Shown piece by piece: positions 52,036 to 64,000 of a DNA stretch of 64,000 bases; position 1 is the first letter of the stretch, and each line of letters starts with the position of its first letter. The stretch is from Podarcis liolepis. Lineage: Eukaryota. The DNA lies in assembly GCA_965112155.1 (NCBI GenBank), contig OZ218098.1; one strand, written 5' to 3'. A model generated the notes under the pieces. It saw nothing but the letters and a program-made list of their open reading frames with translations. It had not been told where the DNA came from and searched no databases. The position numbers and the translations under genes are program-made.

Positions 52036-55000
52036 TTCAACTTCTTAATCCTAGTCTCCCATTCTAAGAGAAATATACAAATCTAGGGGATGGGGCTTAT
52101 ATACCTAGAAAACATTATAATGAATATTTATTACCTTTATAGGGCAATAAACACTTCCTCCAAGGAGCTCAAAGCTGTGTCCATGGTTGCCCCCAACCTC
52201 CATTTTGTTCTCACCACAGCAATGTGAGGCAGGTCAGACTGAAATTTTATCTATTAAATAAAAACCCAAGGCGGATAAAAAGACTTTTATCACAGGGCAG
52301 GTTATATATGTGGAAGCTCAATCAGGTTAGGAGCTCTGGAGAATTTGCTTTGTTTTTTCTTTATTGTGAACCATTCAAAGAGCTTTGCTATGGTGGTGCA
52401 CAAATATATCCAATAAATAAAATATGAGAACAGAAACCCATACATATTTAGAGATCAAAGCAAAATAAACAAACGAACAAAATACCTGAAGTAACGAAGG
52501 AGCCCCTTTCCTTTTTAAAGCAATTCTCTGTTAAATAGCCTGTTGGAACTGCCTACTGAATGGTTAATAATGCTGGAAGTAAAACAGAGAGGAAAATAAA
52601 GCTTCCAAAGTAAACAGAAACTTCCTATAGAGGTGGAAACATTTGCACTTCCATTTGTCTGTCGCTGTGGACCACTGAAGAAACATGCTGGCTAATATCA
52701 AAAGGGAAGAGGTCCCAGCGCTGTGAAAGGTTTTTAAAGCCTTCCTACACGAGTCAGAATTGCATTAGTCTCAGCATGTATTATCAGTAAAACCTAGGAA
52801 GGGCATCGACAGGTGAGGAAAGTAGTTACAGCTAGGTCACAGTAGGAGCCTATTAAGCTTCCTTCTCTGTAATTACCACAGTTTTCTCTGCAGTAATGGT
52901 ATTGCCAAGATGCCTTGAATTTGTTTGGAATTCCTCACCCCCTTATTTAGAAAAAGAAATGGTTGGGGTTTTTTTTGGGGGGGAGCAGAATATGTGTGTT
53001 AAATTTCCTTCCCTCCTAATTTAAAAACTTCCTGATATGTACATTACTACAATGGCAAACAAACTCCAGAATAGCAAAGTTGCTATATGCACAGGAGATC
53101 AAAGAATTTTCATGCTATTGTTGATACACAGATTTGAAAATATTGAGATGGCCAAGGAAACTGTAATCAATTAATAATTTTGCAAGACTGTTTATTAAAA
53201 TGGGTAAGTGCTTTACTAAACAAAACTTTAATTGAAACTGTCAAAAGTGATCCACGGCTGTGTTGCAATTTTCTCATTCACACATCATTTCCTCTGCAGT
53301 TTAGTTAAATTATAAATACTGCTCTTTATTCTAGTCAGATGTCTTGCCATGTAATGCTTTAATTTTATGGATCCTAAAGTTTGGGTGCAAGATATTCACT
53401 AATGTCAAGTTATAAAATCTATATTAGGGCAGTATCTTTATTATGCCAACTAAAATGCCCATAGTGTGCAAGGTTTTGAGGTCTCCAGAACCCTTTTTCA
53501 GGCAAGGTGAGACCTCCCAGATGTGCTTAGATCATCTGCCACCCTGGTTGCAACCCATAGAGCTAAAGATGCAGAGTGCCTTTAGCCACCCCTGGGCTCA
53601 ACGGTACTAAAGGGTGGTGGAGTGGAAGCTGATGGCTGATGAAGCTGTGCAGTCTGCAAGATAAGTGTGAGGGCAAGTAATAGAAATCCACATAAGGCTC
53701 TTATAGGTACGTTGCAGGTTGCAGGTTACATCAAGGCCTACTGGAAAGAAAGGGCATACAGTGGCAGCCCAGCTGCTACCTAGGCCTGTCTCCATCCTTT
53801 GGCAAAACACACAGAGGCTTCCTTGGTATGTAGAAAACCAAAATTAAAAAATGAGACAGTTCCTACATTAGCAAAGCTTGACATACATTTTAGATAGTGT
53901 GCTAAGTAACAAAAAGGGATCAGAAGCCCAGTTGCGTAGCTTTAGCAAATAAGTTGCAGGCAACACTCTGTCAGGGAATAATATAAAAACTTTATTTAGT
54001 CTTCATTCATCTTCATCCTACTTCCCCACCTTATCTCCTAGGGCTATTTCACAGGCCCTTCCTCTACTCATCAGTGCCATCTTCTGTGTCTGATAGGTGG
54101 TCCCAAAAGCTGCTGCTGGGCAGCCAAGGGTCAGCATAGGATCATTATTCAGGCTTGGCCATACTCTTCCATCACTGAATGGATTTTCTGTATGTCAATG
54201 CCTCTCTACCTACCTACTACATTTGTGTCCCACCCTCCTTCAAAGAGTTCAGAGTACCTTCTGTAGAAGCTAATTTGTTTTATCCTCAGAATTGCCTTGT
54301 GGCTAGGCTGAGCAAGAATGGCTGGACTCAGATCAATTAGTGAGTTGCATCACTGAGCAAGGATTCTTACCCAGGCCTGATCAGCTGAAATCCAACACAC
54401 CAATTTAATTCATTACATCATATTAGGATTCCCTTACTAGTTTATATTATCTCTTGGGTTTGTTATTGGCTGCGTGCAGACAGTTCTTAAACCATGGTTA
54501 CTGTCTTCTTCCCTGAATTAAGTATGTGGCTTTTAATGCATTATTTCCTATTTTAATCAAACCATCCTTTGCCATTGAGTCCCAAACACCAAACCATGGT
54601 TCAGCTGCAACAGTAGACAATGGTTGTTTAAAACAAGCGTAATGAATCAAACTCTGTGTGAGAGAGAAAGAGATGAGGGCAGGAATAGGAGGGAGAGCAT
54701 GGATGCATTGTGTGGTCATGATCCTCCAAACCATGGTTTGGAAGATTGTCTGAATTCTGCCAGTTTCTATTTAGGTGTAGACTAGGACCACAGGAATTGT
54801 GTTTGGGTGAGCCAGGGACAGGAAACAGTTCAGAAGATCCAAGAAGAATTTTTTGTGAGCATATGGATGGAACAGTTTCTTTTACAGAAGAGTTCATGGG
54901 CACGTTCAACTTGGATCACACACAAAATGTGCTGTGTGGCTTGCAATGCATATTGAAGGTGCACTCTGGTGCACTGCTTTGTGCCCAGTCTCTTAATCCC

Positions 55001-56357
55001 AAGCGTTGGCATTAGTTTTTCTGTTGTAAACCCACAAAGAAGAAGAAAATGTTACAAAATAGATGTACAAAATACACTGCAAAGCATTATGAATGCTAGC
55101 TTAACAGAAAGAAGAAAGTTGTAAGAAGAATTCCTGTTGCAATTTGGACAGAATTCCAAGTTCAGTTTCAGTTCTTTTCCAGTATGCTTTGGAAGATCAC
55201 AGTATCTTTTTTTCTGTAAAGGACATCTTGGCATATCTAACCTGACTTTATTCCAACTTGCTATAAGTGAACGAGAGAATTTGAGGGATGAATGCTTATC
55301 TCTGAAGGAAAAAATATATATCAAAGGTTCTTGTGGCCAGCTGTTTCCTGCCCCAGCAGAACACTGGACAGCATCTGGAAAGCAAACACGCACCCCATCC
55401 CCCACGTTAGATAGCATTCCTCAGCAGCATCTGGAAATAAATGGGGAAATACTATCTAACTTAATGGGGTGTTTCTGCTCAAATTAGATACTTTCTGTGC
55501 TTTTTGTGTGTGGAAGAAATGAGGTCCCAGCACAAAATGGCTGCCATAGGCATAAAAAAAGGTGTCTGTATTCTGTGTTGTGTCAGTGAGTAAGTCACAC
55601 AGTAAAAGTCCTGGATACCCTCTTAAAGAAGCTTTTGATGTTACGTTGGTGTGAAGGAAGCAGCAAGCACAATTCACACATGGTACCCTGTGGGAGCTAG
55701 GAGTGTGAGCCATTCTTCACCAACCGTGTGTTGTCCTAATGCGAGTGGTGATACCAGGTTGCAAAAGGCAGAGGTGGGAAGAGGTCCCTAGTTCATATTC
55801 TGTCCCAGCCATGGGCTTAATAGATGGCCTTGGACAAGCCACCCTTTCTAAAGCCCTAACCAGGTGTGCTACTTGTGTGCAAAGGGTACATGCAGGCAAA
55901 GATGAGTGTACTAAGCTCCAGCCCCCACATTGCTATAACTCTGCTGCTTTCCACAAGTTGGAGGGAGAAATCTGAGGTGGCAAGACTCCTCTATCTCCTC
56001 TATCTTGTGGAGGTTCCCTGTGCTACTTGGAACCCTCAAAAAAATGGGGTAACTCCCACAAGTAGAGGGATAGCTGTTTCAGACTTCGCTCTTCAACTTG
56101 TGAAGAGTCGTGGGCATAGCAGTGGAAGCAGAGCATTGTGCACTTGTCCCCACTTGAACTGGGTCTTTGCAACACGAACAAAATGCCTGTCTCAGCTCTT
56201 TCTGAACCTCAGTGCATACAGGAGTTTTGTGTGTGTGTGTGTGTAAATGTAGATGTGTGTGTGTTTCTGTATGTATATTATTTAATGCTGCTCTTAGTGC
56301 AATGCACAGTACCTTGTTGGTTGTGGAGATAACATGAAAGCTAATGTGACTTAAACC

Positions 56358-56494
56358 CGGGGCTTTTTTTCCCATCCAGAACTCACCAGAACTCAGTTCT
56401 GGAACCCCTCAGGTGGGCGCCAGTGCCATTCTAAGAGAACAAGGGAGGTGTTCATGGTGAGTTCCAGCACATATTTTCTAGAAAAATAGCTCTG
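56358..56494. mobile_element. Non-autonomous hAT MITE (137 bp)
   Basis: Ends CGGGGCTTTTTTT / AAAAATAGCTCTG. Perfect 8-bp TSD CTTAAACC at 56350-56357 and 56495-56502. Internal GAACTCA repeats. Confidence 0.85.
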
Positions 56495-57708
56495 CTTAAA
56501 CCCAACAGTGTCTAAAAAGAGAGCACAAGAAAATGCCTTTTAAAAGTCACAATAATTCCATTGCTTTTTTAAAAAACAGCTGTATGTCAGATGAGGGCTT
56601 GCAGAAACCCTGGGCATGAACTTTAAATAACTATAAATATAAGTAGCTGTATCTACTTACATGGGAGTAAGCCCCATTGAACTCAGTGGAACTTACTTCT
56701 GGGTAGACCTGTAATCATCTTTGTCTCAGCTTGAGACCATACATAGTACGATAACATGAATAAATTTTCCATACTATGGCTTTTGGATTTTGAGTGACAT
56801 TTGAGATTTGGAAGAGCAAAATTTTCAAACAACTACACTAATTTAATTGCATTGCTGATTTTTTTTTTTTTTAAATGGGATACTGTCAGCAGTCTTGCAA
56901 AATAAGCAGAACGGGAACGTCTTAATATTCGAAAGGCCAGGTGTTCAAATTCCTTCCACTAAGCAACATGGTTAGAAGCACAACCCATTGCAACTAGCAC
57001 CCCCCTCCAAAACCCCACATTAAATGCATATAAAATGATCCACTGTTTTGACAGTGTGATACAGCTGTAGAATAATGGAAGTTTCACTACTAAGAAATCG
57101 AGGTCAAGCCCTTTGCACATTTCTTGCTAGTTTCAAACAGAGGTAATTCTCAGCTTGTAGAAAATAGCCATAATCAAAGTGCACAGACGACTGAAAAATA
57201 CACAAGTGGATTCTCTTTGATTTAGAAAGGTCAGCAGTGCTAAAAACGATAATGCAATGGGAAATTTATCCCCCACCTCAACTTTAAAATCTTAATTGAA
57301 AATAGTCTTGAGGATAAAAAGAAGTTGCCCTGAAAGGATACAGGCCAGGGTCCTCTCTTTAATCCGTTCTTTTCACTTTGGAATCCAATTCCGATGTTGC
57401 CCAAGCAGTGCCCTTTTCTTCTTGGTCCTCAGTCAGCATGAAAAAGAACAAGCAATTAATAGTGACGACAAGCAGATTGGTCAGTGGTGAATTTGGGAAG
57501 CATCGACTAAGACTTGAAAGCAGGAGTTCCTATTGGAGCTTGCCTGCCTGCATGCTCACGTTACATGCACACTTCCTATCATACCTTTCTTCTTTCTTAC
57601 AGTAGGTTCACTCCTACTTTGGCTCCTTTGGGATCTGATGGTGCTCACACCATTTTATTGGTTTCAGTCAAGACATGAGCCCTTTTCACACATTACTTAA
57701 GTGTAGGG

Positions 57709-58311
57709 CAGGTGTAGGGAAACATTTTCACCTGAGGGCTGCATTCGCTTTTGAGTAGCCTTCCAGGGGCCAAATACCAAAGGAAGCAGAGAAACGAATG
57801 TGAATTTTACCTTAATACAGTAGGCTAAGTTCTACACACACTCCAACTTGCCACTTTATTTTTCATCTGGGGAAGCCAAAGGCATTAGAACATGGGTAGG
57901 CAAACTAAGGCCCCGGGGCCCAGATCCGGCCCAAATGCCTTCTAAATCTGGCCTGCGGATGGTCCGGGCACCAGCGTGTTTTTACATGAGTAGAATGTGT
58001 GCTTTTATTTAAAATGCATCTCTGGGTTATTTGTGGGGCATAGGAATTCGCCCATTTCCTCCCCCTCCCCCCCCCCCGCAAAATATAGTCCGGCCTCCCC
58101 ACAAGGTCTGAGGGACAGTGGACTCCTCCCTGTTGAAAAGTTTGCTGACCCCTACAGTAGAAGTTCAGGGATGTATTCCAGCCTGGCAACAACATTTAAG
58201 GATTGTGGAACAGGACTGGTAAGGTGCATGGCCTGGGGAAAGCCCTATGGGTCATAAAGAGAGACCTTGAAGGCTGAATTTTGTCTCCGGGCCTGAGGTT
58301 CTTCATTCTTG
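57709..58311. mobile_element. Older hAT (Charlie-like) element, host of a nested insertion
   Basis: Starts CAGGTGTAGGGAAAC and ends GGTTCTTCATTCTTG (decayed TIR). TSD GTGTAGGG (57701-57708) / CTGTAGGG (58312-58319), 7/8. Confidence 0.7.
57891..58154. mobile_element. Younger hAT (Charlie-like) MITE nested in the 57709 element
   Basis: TIR CATGGGTAGGCAAACT / AGTTTGCTGACCCCTA. TSD CATTAGAA (57883-57890) / CAGTAGAA (58155-58162), 7/8. GGCCC subterminal repeats. Confidence 0.85.
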
Positions 58312-61185
58312 CTGTAGGGCCTTTCACGTGATGAGGCAAGAGTAGGGCCATCCTGCTAGCCCTCCTCCATATGAAACCACTGGACAGTTTGTGCAGAGTG
58401 TTCTAGGAATGGAAACTGGGGCTGAGCTAAGATTGCCTACCACTTCTGCTGCCCTTTCAGAGAAGTGAAATTCAGGCATAGAAGGATGAAATAGCTGTCC
58501 TCTTGTGCGTCTGCTGCCAGAGTGCTTTCTGGCAGCAGGCAGCACTGGAAGACAGTTCTTCCATCCTAAGTCAGGCACATTGTGCTTTAAAAAGCTCCTA
58601 TGATTGCAAGCAACACGGAGTATAGAGAGGTTAGAATGATGTACTGTACTGTGAACAGAAAAGTGCAGACTCAAATCCTCGGTTAGCTGTGAAACTCACT
58701 TGGTGAACCTGGTCCAGTCACGATCTCTCAACTTACCTTGCAGAGTTGTAAGGAGAAAATGAATTAGTGATTTTTAGCTACCAGAAGGTAGGTAGAAACT
58801 TAAAGCTGGAAATAGATGTATGTAGTTATGATTTTTTTTTTAATGCAAAAATAAAACCAGGTGATATTCATTGATAAGCTTCCATCAATGATGAAAATAC
58901 TTTTGGCAGTCCCAAATTTCTTTATGCTCTTTTGCATCTGGTGCTGCAATCATGGTGCAACTGCTGGGCAATTCAGGCCCCTGATGTGAACATTTAGGGT
59001 GGAAATATTACACCACGTGTTCTTTTTGGAACAAAAATTGTATCAAACTTCAACAGTTCAATTGTGCTCATGTGTACTCAGGAATCGTTCCTATTGAGTT
59101 CATTGGAATTTACCCCCAGGTAACTGTGCATGGTATTGCAACCTGAATGGTAGATGTGTGAAATCACTGTCACAGAATACCCTGTTGGACATGTCTTCCT
59201 GCTTACACTCATTCAATCAACCCCATTCCATAATGGCTGATTATATAACTTGAAAAATAGCCCCTTTTCCAGCCTATTATCCAGCTTGTCAAATATGCAT
59301 TACAGACAAGCGGAGAAAATTCATATTAATCTCTCCTTAGCGCTACTTCATGTTCATCAAGGCCCTTTCAAGATATCGCACAAACATGAGGGACTTTAAA
59401 AGGACTAAAATCACTCAACGCCCCTTTGAAGACCATTGATAGCTGTCATCAAGACAATAGAGGGCTGGATTCCTTTTAAAATTGCTAACTCAATCAAATC
59501 TCAGCTTAGCCTATTTTTGGACTTTTTATTTCTCTTCCTCGGGGTGCAATTTCAAACTAGGATGTTTTCAATATTCCAAACATAAAACAAAATCCAAACT
59601 GCACCATTTTAGCAAATTGCCTTGCTTGCACTGTAGTACCTCTTTCTCAGGGGTGCAATACCAGTGTGTGGATTATTTCTGACTCATAAGAGATGAAAAA
59701 GGAACCACAACAAACACTTTAAAACTGCACCTCCTCCTTCTTCTCAGTTTAAACTCGAACACATCCAAAAGCTGCTACAGCTGTGGCTGGGTATTGTCAT
59801 TGTTTATGCTGCATTGTTTAGCTTTATTATGACACACTGGTGCTACTGCTTATTAGATGATGGCCTGTTTTGCACATAATGCCAAGCCAAACCATGGCTA
59901 AGTATGACAGCATGGGAGTGCAGGTATTTACAGGGGGGAGGATGTTCCTGCTGAACTCCTGTCCTGGTCCTACTGCTGCCAAGCTACCTGTAGCTAAGCC
60001 ATTGTTTGGCTTCAGTGTTACATCCAAATCTCATCTCATGGTTTGTCTCACTTTAGGCAAGCCTCCAGTGACCACCTTTCAAAGCATACCAAACCCAGGT
60101 AAGCCCTGTGCTCCTGGAACTTCAAAAGTAAAGGCAGCATAAGAACATTTATATTATTCTTTCACATTGGAACATTTCCAACCTACTAAAGTACATCCAT
60201 TAAAAAAGGAATGTGTTTTTTTTAGGTGGAGGCAGTTTGCAGTGTAATGCATAGGGGAGATGGTGGGGTGGAGGGAGAAGGCCAGAAGATCTCTGCGATT
60301 CTGTGCTATGATTTGATAGAACTGCTGGTATATGTGTGGAGGCACTTTGGGGATGAACTTAGAAGTAAGTCAGTGTTATTAACATTCCGTTGGAGAAGCC
60401 TTTCCCCATTCTTTTAAGAGCAAAACTGGTAGCTGCTTTTCCCACATGTAACAGCAGTGCAGGACGGCAGTTATTCATGCATATCAGCATTTGAGTAGAA
60501 AGCTGTTTCCTCTCCCTCTGCACTGCAGGTCCCCCCCCCCCCATTAAAGAAAACTTAAGTCATGTACCTCCTTATGAAAGGTGCTCACTGTTCATTCAGA
60601 GATGGCTTTGCTAGATTATTTTCCAAGCAGCAAAATCTGTTCATGAAGATCTTTCAGCAAGTCTTGGCTTCGGATACAGAGGGCAAAAGCTCTCCTTTGA
60701 AAATACTGGAGGCTTCTCGTGTCTGTATGTTTTTAAAAGGTGGGCTACTAAAGCCATCTCAGATAAAGTAACAGACACAGAAGAACATAAAACCCAGCCA
60801 CTCACTCTTGGCTTCCATTTGCGCAGGAGTGTGCCCAAGTGACATATAAATCCTGTGGGGTGTACTTTGCCTAGGAATCTATCTTAGTTATGCTGTCAGC
60901 TTCATGTCTTCTGCAATGATCAGTTGTGCTGAGTGGTGGTTTTATTTTTCTTGCTACGGGCTATAAAACTGCAGAAGCATTTAGGCATCTGCTTCTGATG
61001 ACTGGTGATCACTAATTTCTGCATCACACATGGATTGTTTAAAAGTTTATTTGCAGTGTTTCAGTTATTTACAGTACTGTAAGTTTTCCCCTAAAGCCTC
61101 AAGCAGGAAAAATAATAATTAAAAACCAAGAAATAAACATTCTTAATGCAATTTGAACTCAGCTCTCTCACAATTAATGGGAGCC

Positions 61186-61312
61186 TGGGCCATTGGTCCA
61201 TCTAGCTCTGTATTGTCTACACTAGTTGGCATCAGCTCTCCAAGGATTTGGACAGAGGTCTTTCTCAGCCCTGTCCAGAGATTCAAGGGACTGAACTGGG
61301 GGAATTTCATGT

Positions 61313-61356
<44 letters not shown>

Positions 61357-61362
61357 CTGTCA
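61186..61362 (-). mobile_element. tRNA-derived SINE (family of 44707) with internal CA expansion
   Basis: CCATTGGTCCATCTAGCTC..TATTGTCTACACT..CAGCTCTCCA is the reverse complement of the 44707 body. Confidence 0.65.
61316..61353. repeat. (AC)19 microsatellite
   Basis: Read directly from the sequence. Confidence 0.95.
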
Positions 61363-63616
61363 TGGAGACAAATGTAAATAGTGAAATGTAAATATCTTGA
61401 CTTGGTGCTGAAAGTATGTTTAAATATTTTTCTAGAAAAATAGCTGGTTCTAGGAAAGTGTCTTTGGACCTTTATAGTAGTTTTTTCTTCCTAATCTTTA
61501 CACCCATAAGATACAAGTGGAAAATGGAAAAGCCACACTGAGTACAGCTGCTCCAGATTTCTATTCATGGTTGACCAGTCTTGTGGTTATTCTGTAACTT
61601 TTTGCCTCTTTACCATTTCCTTGTCCTTATTTGTTTGTCTTGACATAGCCTCCCTCCCATGTTCCTTCATCGAAATAAATAAATAAATCATTCCCTCAGT
61701 GCACACGCCTATGTATGTAGTATTGGACTTTTCTGGGCACTATTTAGGATTAATGATTAATGATGATTATGAACTGGTTATGACCTACAGAGTTCTAATT
61801 AGCACATTCCGTGTGTAAATTGCATCTTTCCATTAGTTTCGTCACAATTGCTAAGATTAACTGACAGTAGCCTGCTAATAATTTTATCTGCACTCCACAT
61901 TGAATAGCAGTGATACACTGAAATGCCTCTTGTTAACACCTCCGTATTTCCTTTGTGGGTCATAAACTCAAATAAATTGCTACACAAGCCTTTGAAAGAA
62001 GCCCATGGAAGTTGTCATTCAATCCCACCCAACAACTAGCCAAATACTGTATAACGATATTTGTAGCATGTCAATGCCTGGGAGAAACACCCCCCCCCAA
62101 ACCACTTTCATTTCACAAGTTTGTGTTGCATAGTTACTCCAAAGCAATTTTTACTCTCCATAGGTGATCAGGTGAGTTGTTATTTACAAACCTGAGTAAA
62201 AATACTGACACATTTTTACTACAACTCTCAAATATAACATAAGTCATAGGAGCTGCTCCACAGTGTGTCGTGGGGTAGAACACCTGTGCTCCCTCCATAT
62301 TTATATTCTAGAGGAGCATATTTTTAAATAAGAATTCCCATAAATCCATAAGCACCAACTTCACTTTCCTTCTGATATAAGCAGCAATTCTGCTTAGTGG
62401 GAATCCACTGAGTACTTCAACTTCCATCATACATCTGAAGATGTACAATTCACATTTTCCCTGTAAATGCAAAAGGCCTATTATCCAGTTCCCCAGGTTT
62501 CTTTTGTACTTACTTTTTCAGTATTTAGTTGCTATCATGAAAAGCACACTCAGCTAATTAATATGGACGATGCCTTTCACCGAGGAAGAATACTTCAGAA
62601 AAATCTACAGAATAAGCAATTTGAGATGTAATACAGGTGCATAGCACAGATATTGCTGCAAGGTGGAAGAAATCTGCCTCCCCATTTAGTGCACTTGTTT
62701 TGCTGCAATTTTTAAACCTTGTACATGGTTTTCAAAGAGCTTAATAACTGCAAACCTTAAATCCCAGTTGCATTCAATTTTGAAAACTTTGGCACCAAAG
62801 CAAGCATGTGACATTCTAAATTCCAATACATGTCATTGGAGAAATACAGAACCTGTAAAAAAAAAAAAAAGGCCAGCCCTTATTATCTGCTTTTCTGGCT
62901 ACCTAAGAAGTGACCAATTCATTCTGTTACAAGCCATTAAAAGTACGCTTCTGTATATTAATTTTGATGCCTCATCCACAGAGAGGCTCTGCTCTTTTCA
63001 CTGCAGGGTCTAGCTGTAGATTAATCTTTAAGTGATTTTGATTACATGTTAATGAACTAAATTATGCTCAGAAAGTTTTTAAAATATAAAACCTGCCACC
63101 ATGAGATTTCTAATGGGCCTTTGCTAATATTGTTAAATGCAACAGGAAACCTATTATCATATACAATAGGACATAATTAGTCATAACTAGCAGTGTTGAC
63201 TTAATTAGTTGCCTTGCTTTACATCTTTGGTGTACAAAAAGGAGCAGTCTCTGAAATCCCTTATAAACGGGGTGGGGGGGATGGGGTGTCCTTTTGTGTT
63301 CTTTAGAAGCTGTTTGAAAAGGTAATGAGAAAATTAGCACAGTTTCCCATGAGGGGAGGTGTGTGTTATAAAGAAGAACCTGAAGGTTTAATCCTATCTC
63401 TTCCCTTGGATCATGGTTAAGGCTCCATACTATAAATACAATCCAAGGTTCTTATATTGATGCTTTTGAAATAAATGGGAGTTGAGAAGACTTAGCTCTA
63501 TTGAACTGGGCACAGGCCTGCAGCTACTAAATATATCCAGTGGATTGTTAAGTGTGCACAATTTAGCACAAGACTGTAGCAAAGAAGAAGTAAAATAGCT
63601 TTGCAGGCAATAGACC

Positions 63617-63682
63617 CATAGAATTATAGACCTGGAAGGGATATCGTGGGACATCCAGTATAGCTCACTGCTGATGCAGGAA
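63617..63682 (-). mobile_element. Degraded CR1-type 3' terminus
   Basis: CATAGAATTATAGACCTGGAAGGGA..CATCCAGT, similar to 24543. Confidence 0.5.
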
Positions 63683-64000
63683 AGAACCACTGTAACTGTG
63701 GTTTCTCATATAAGAACATTTATTAACAACGTTATTACAGGGGGTGGGGGGTTCTTAGAAGAACTTCTTAAATGATTTGTTCAATAAAATGTTCTGGAGA
63801 GGAAAGGGACTGGTGCTGGTTTTCAATTTTTTAAATATATTTTTTGCTATTTCACCACTGTTAATAGCACATCCTAATTTCTTTTATTTCACTTTCGTAC
63901 TTTGTATTTTAGAGTAATTTCCTTCTATTAAAATGAATGATGTCACTTGCATTTTTCGACATCACATTCTTGCTGGTGTTAAACTATGCAATGCTAATGA

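Overview
This is eukaryotic non-coding DNA from a squamate reptile, most likely a lacertid lizard of the Podarcis/Lacerta type. The assignment rests on a Sauria SINE at 25634-25974 and on squamate-type SINE, LINE and MITE families. I found no host protein-coding gene, tRNA/rRNA gene or CRISPR array. The only credible protein-coding remnants are two LINE fragments: an RTE-X-like C-terminus with a 12-bp TSD at 38716-39343, and a decayed L2-type reverse transcriptase at about 39480-40310. The rest of the ORF track looks like chance ORFs or ORFs inside GC-rich transposons. The window reads as a large intron or gene desert filled with mobile DNA. It holds seven Tc1/mariner(pogo)-type MITEs with TA target sites, eight hAT MITEs with readable 8-bp TSDs, an ORF-less RTE-derived retroelement, SINEs, LINE tails and microsatellites, with four nested insertions. 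Between them are repeat-free, motif-dense blocks that may be conserved enhancers, plus one candidate 28-nt micro-exon. I see no solid evidence for a new biological system. The best leads are the ORF-less RTE derivative carrying a CpG-island-like hAT MITE, a MITE scaffold with family-specific repeated motifs, overlapping hairpins inside MITEs, and a recurring ~85-bp palindrome. Family names come from recalled patterns, not database searches.
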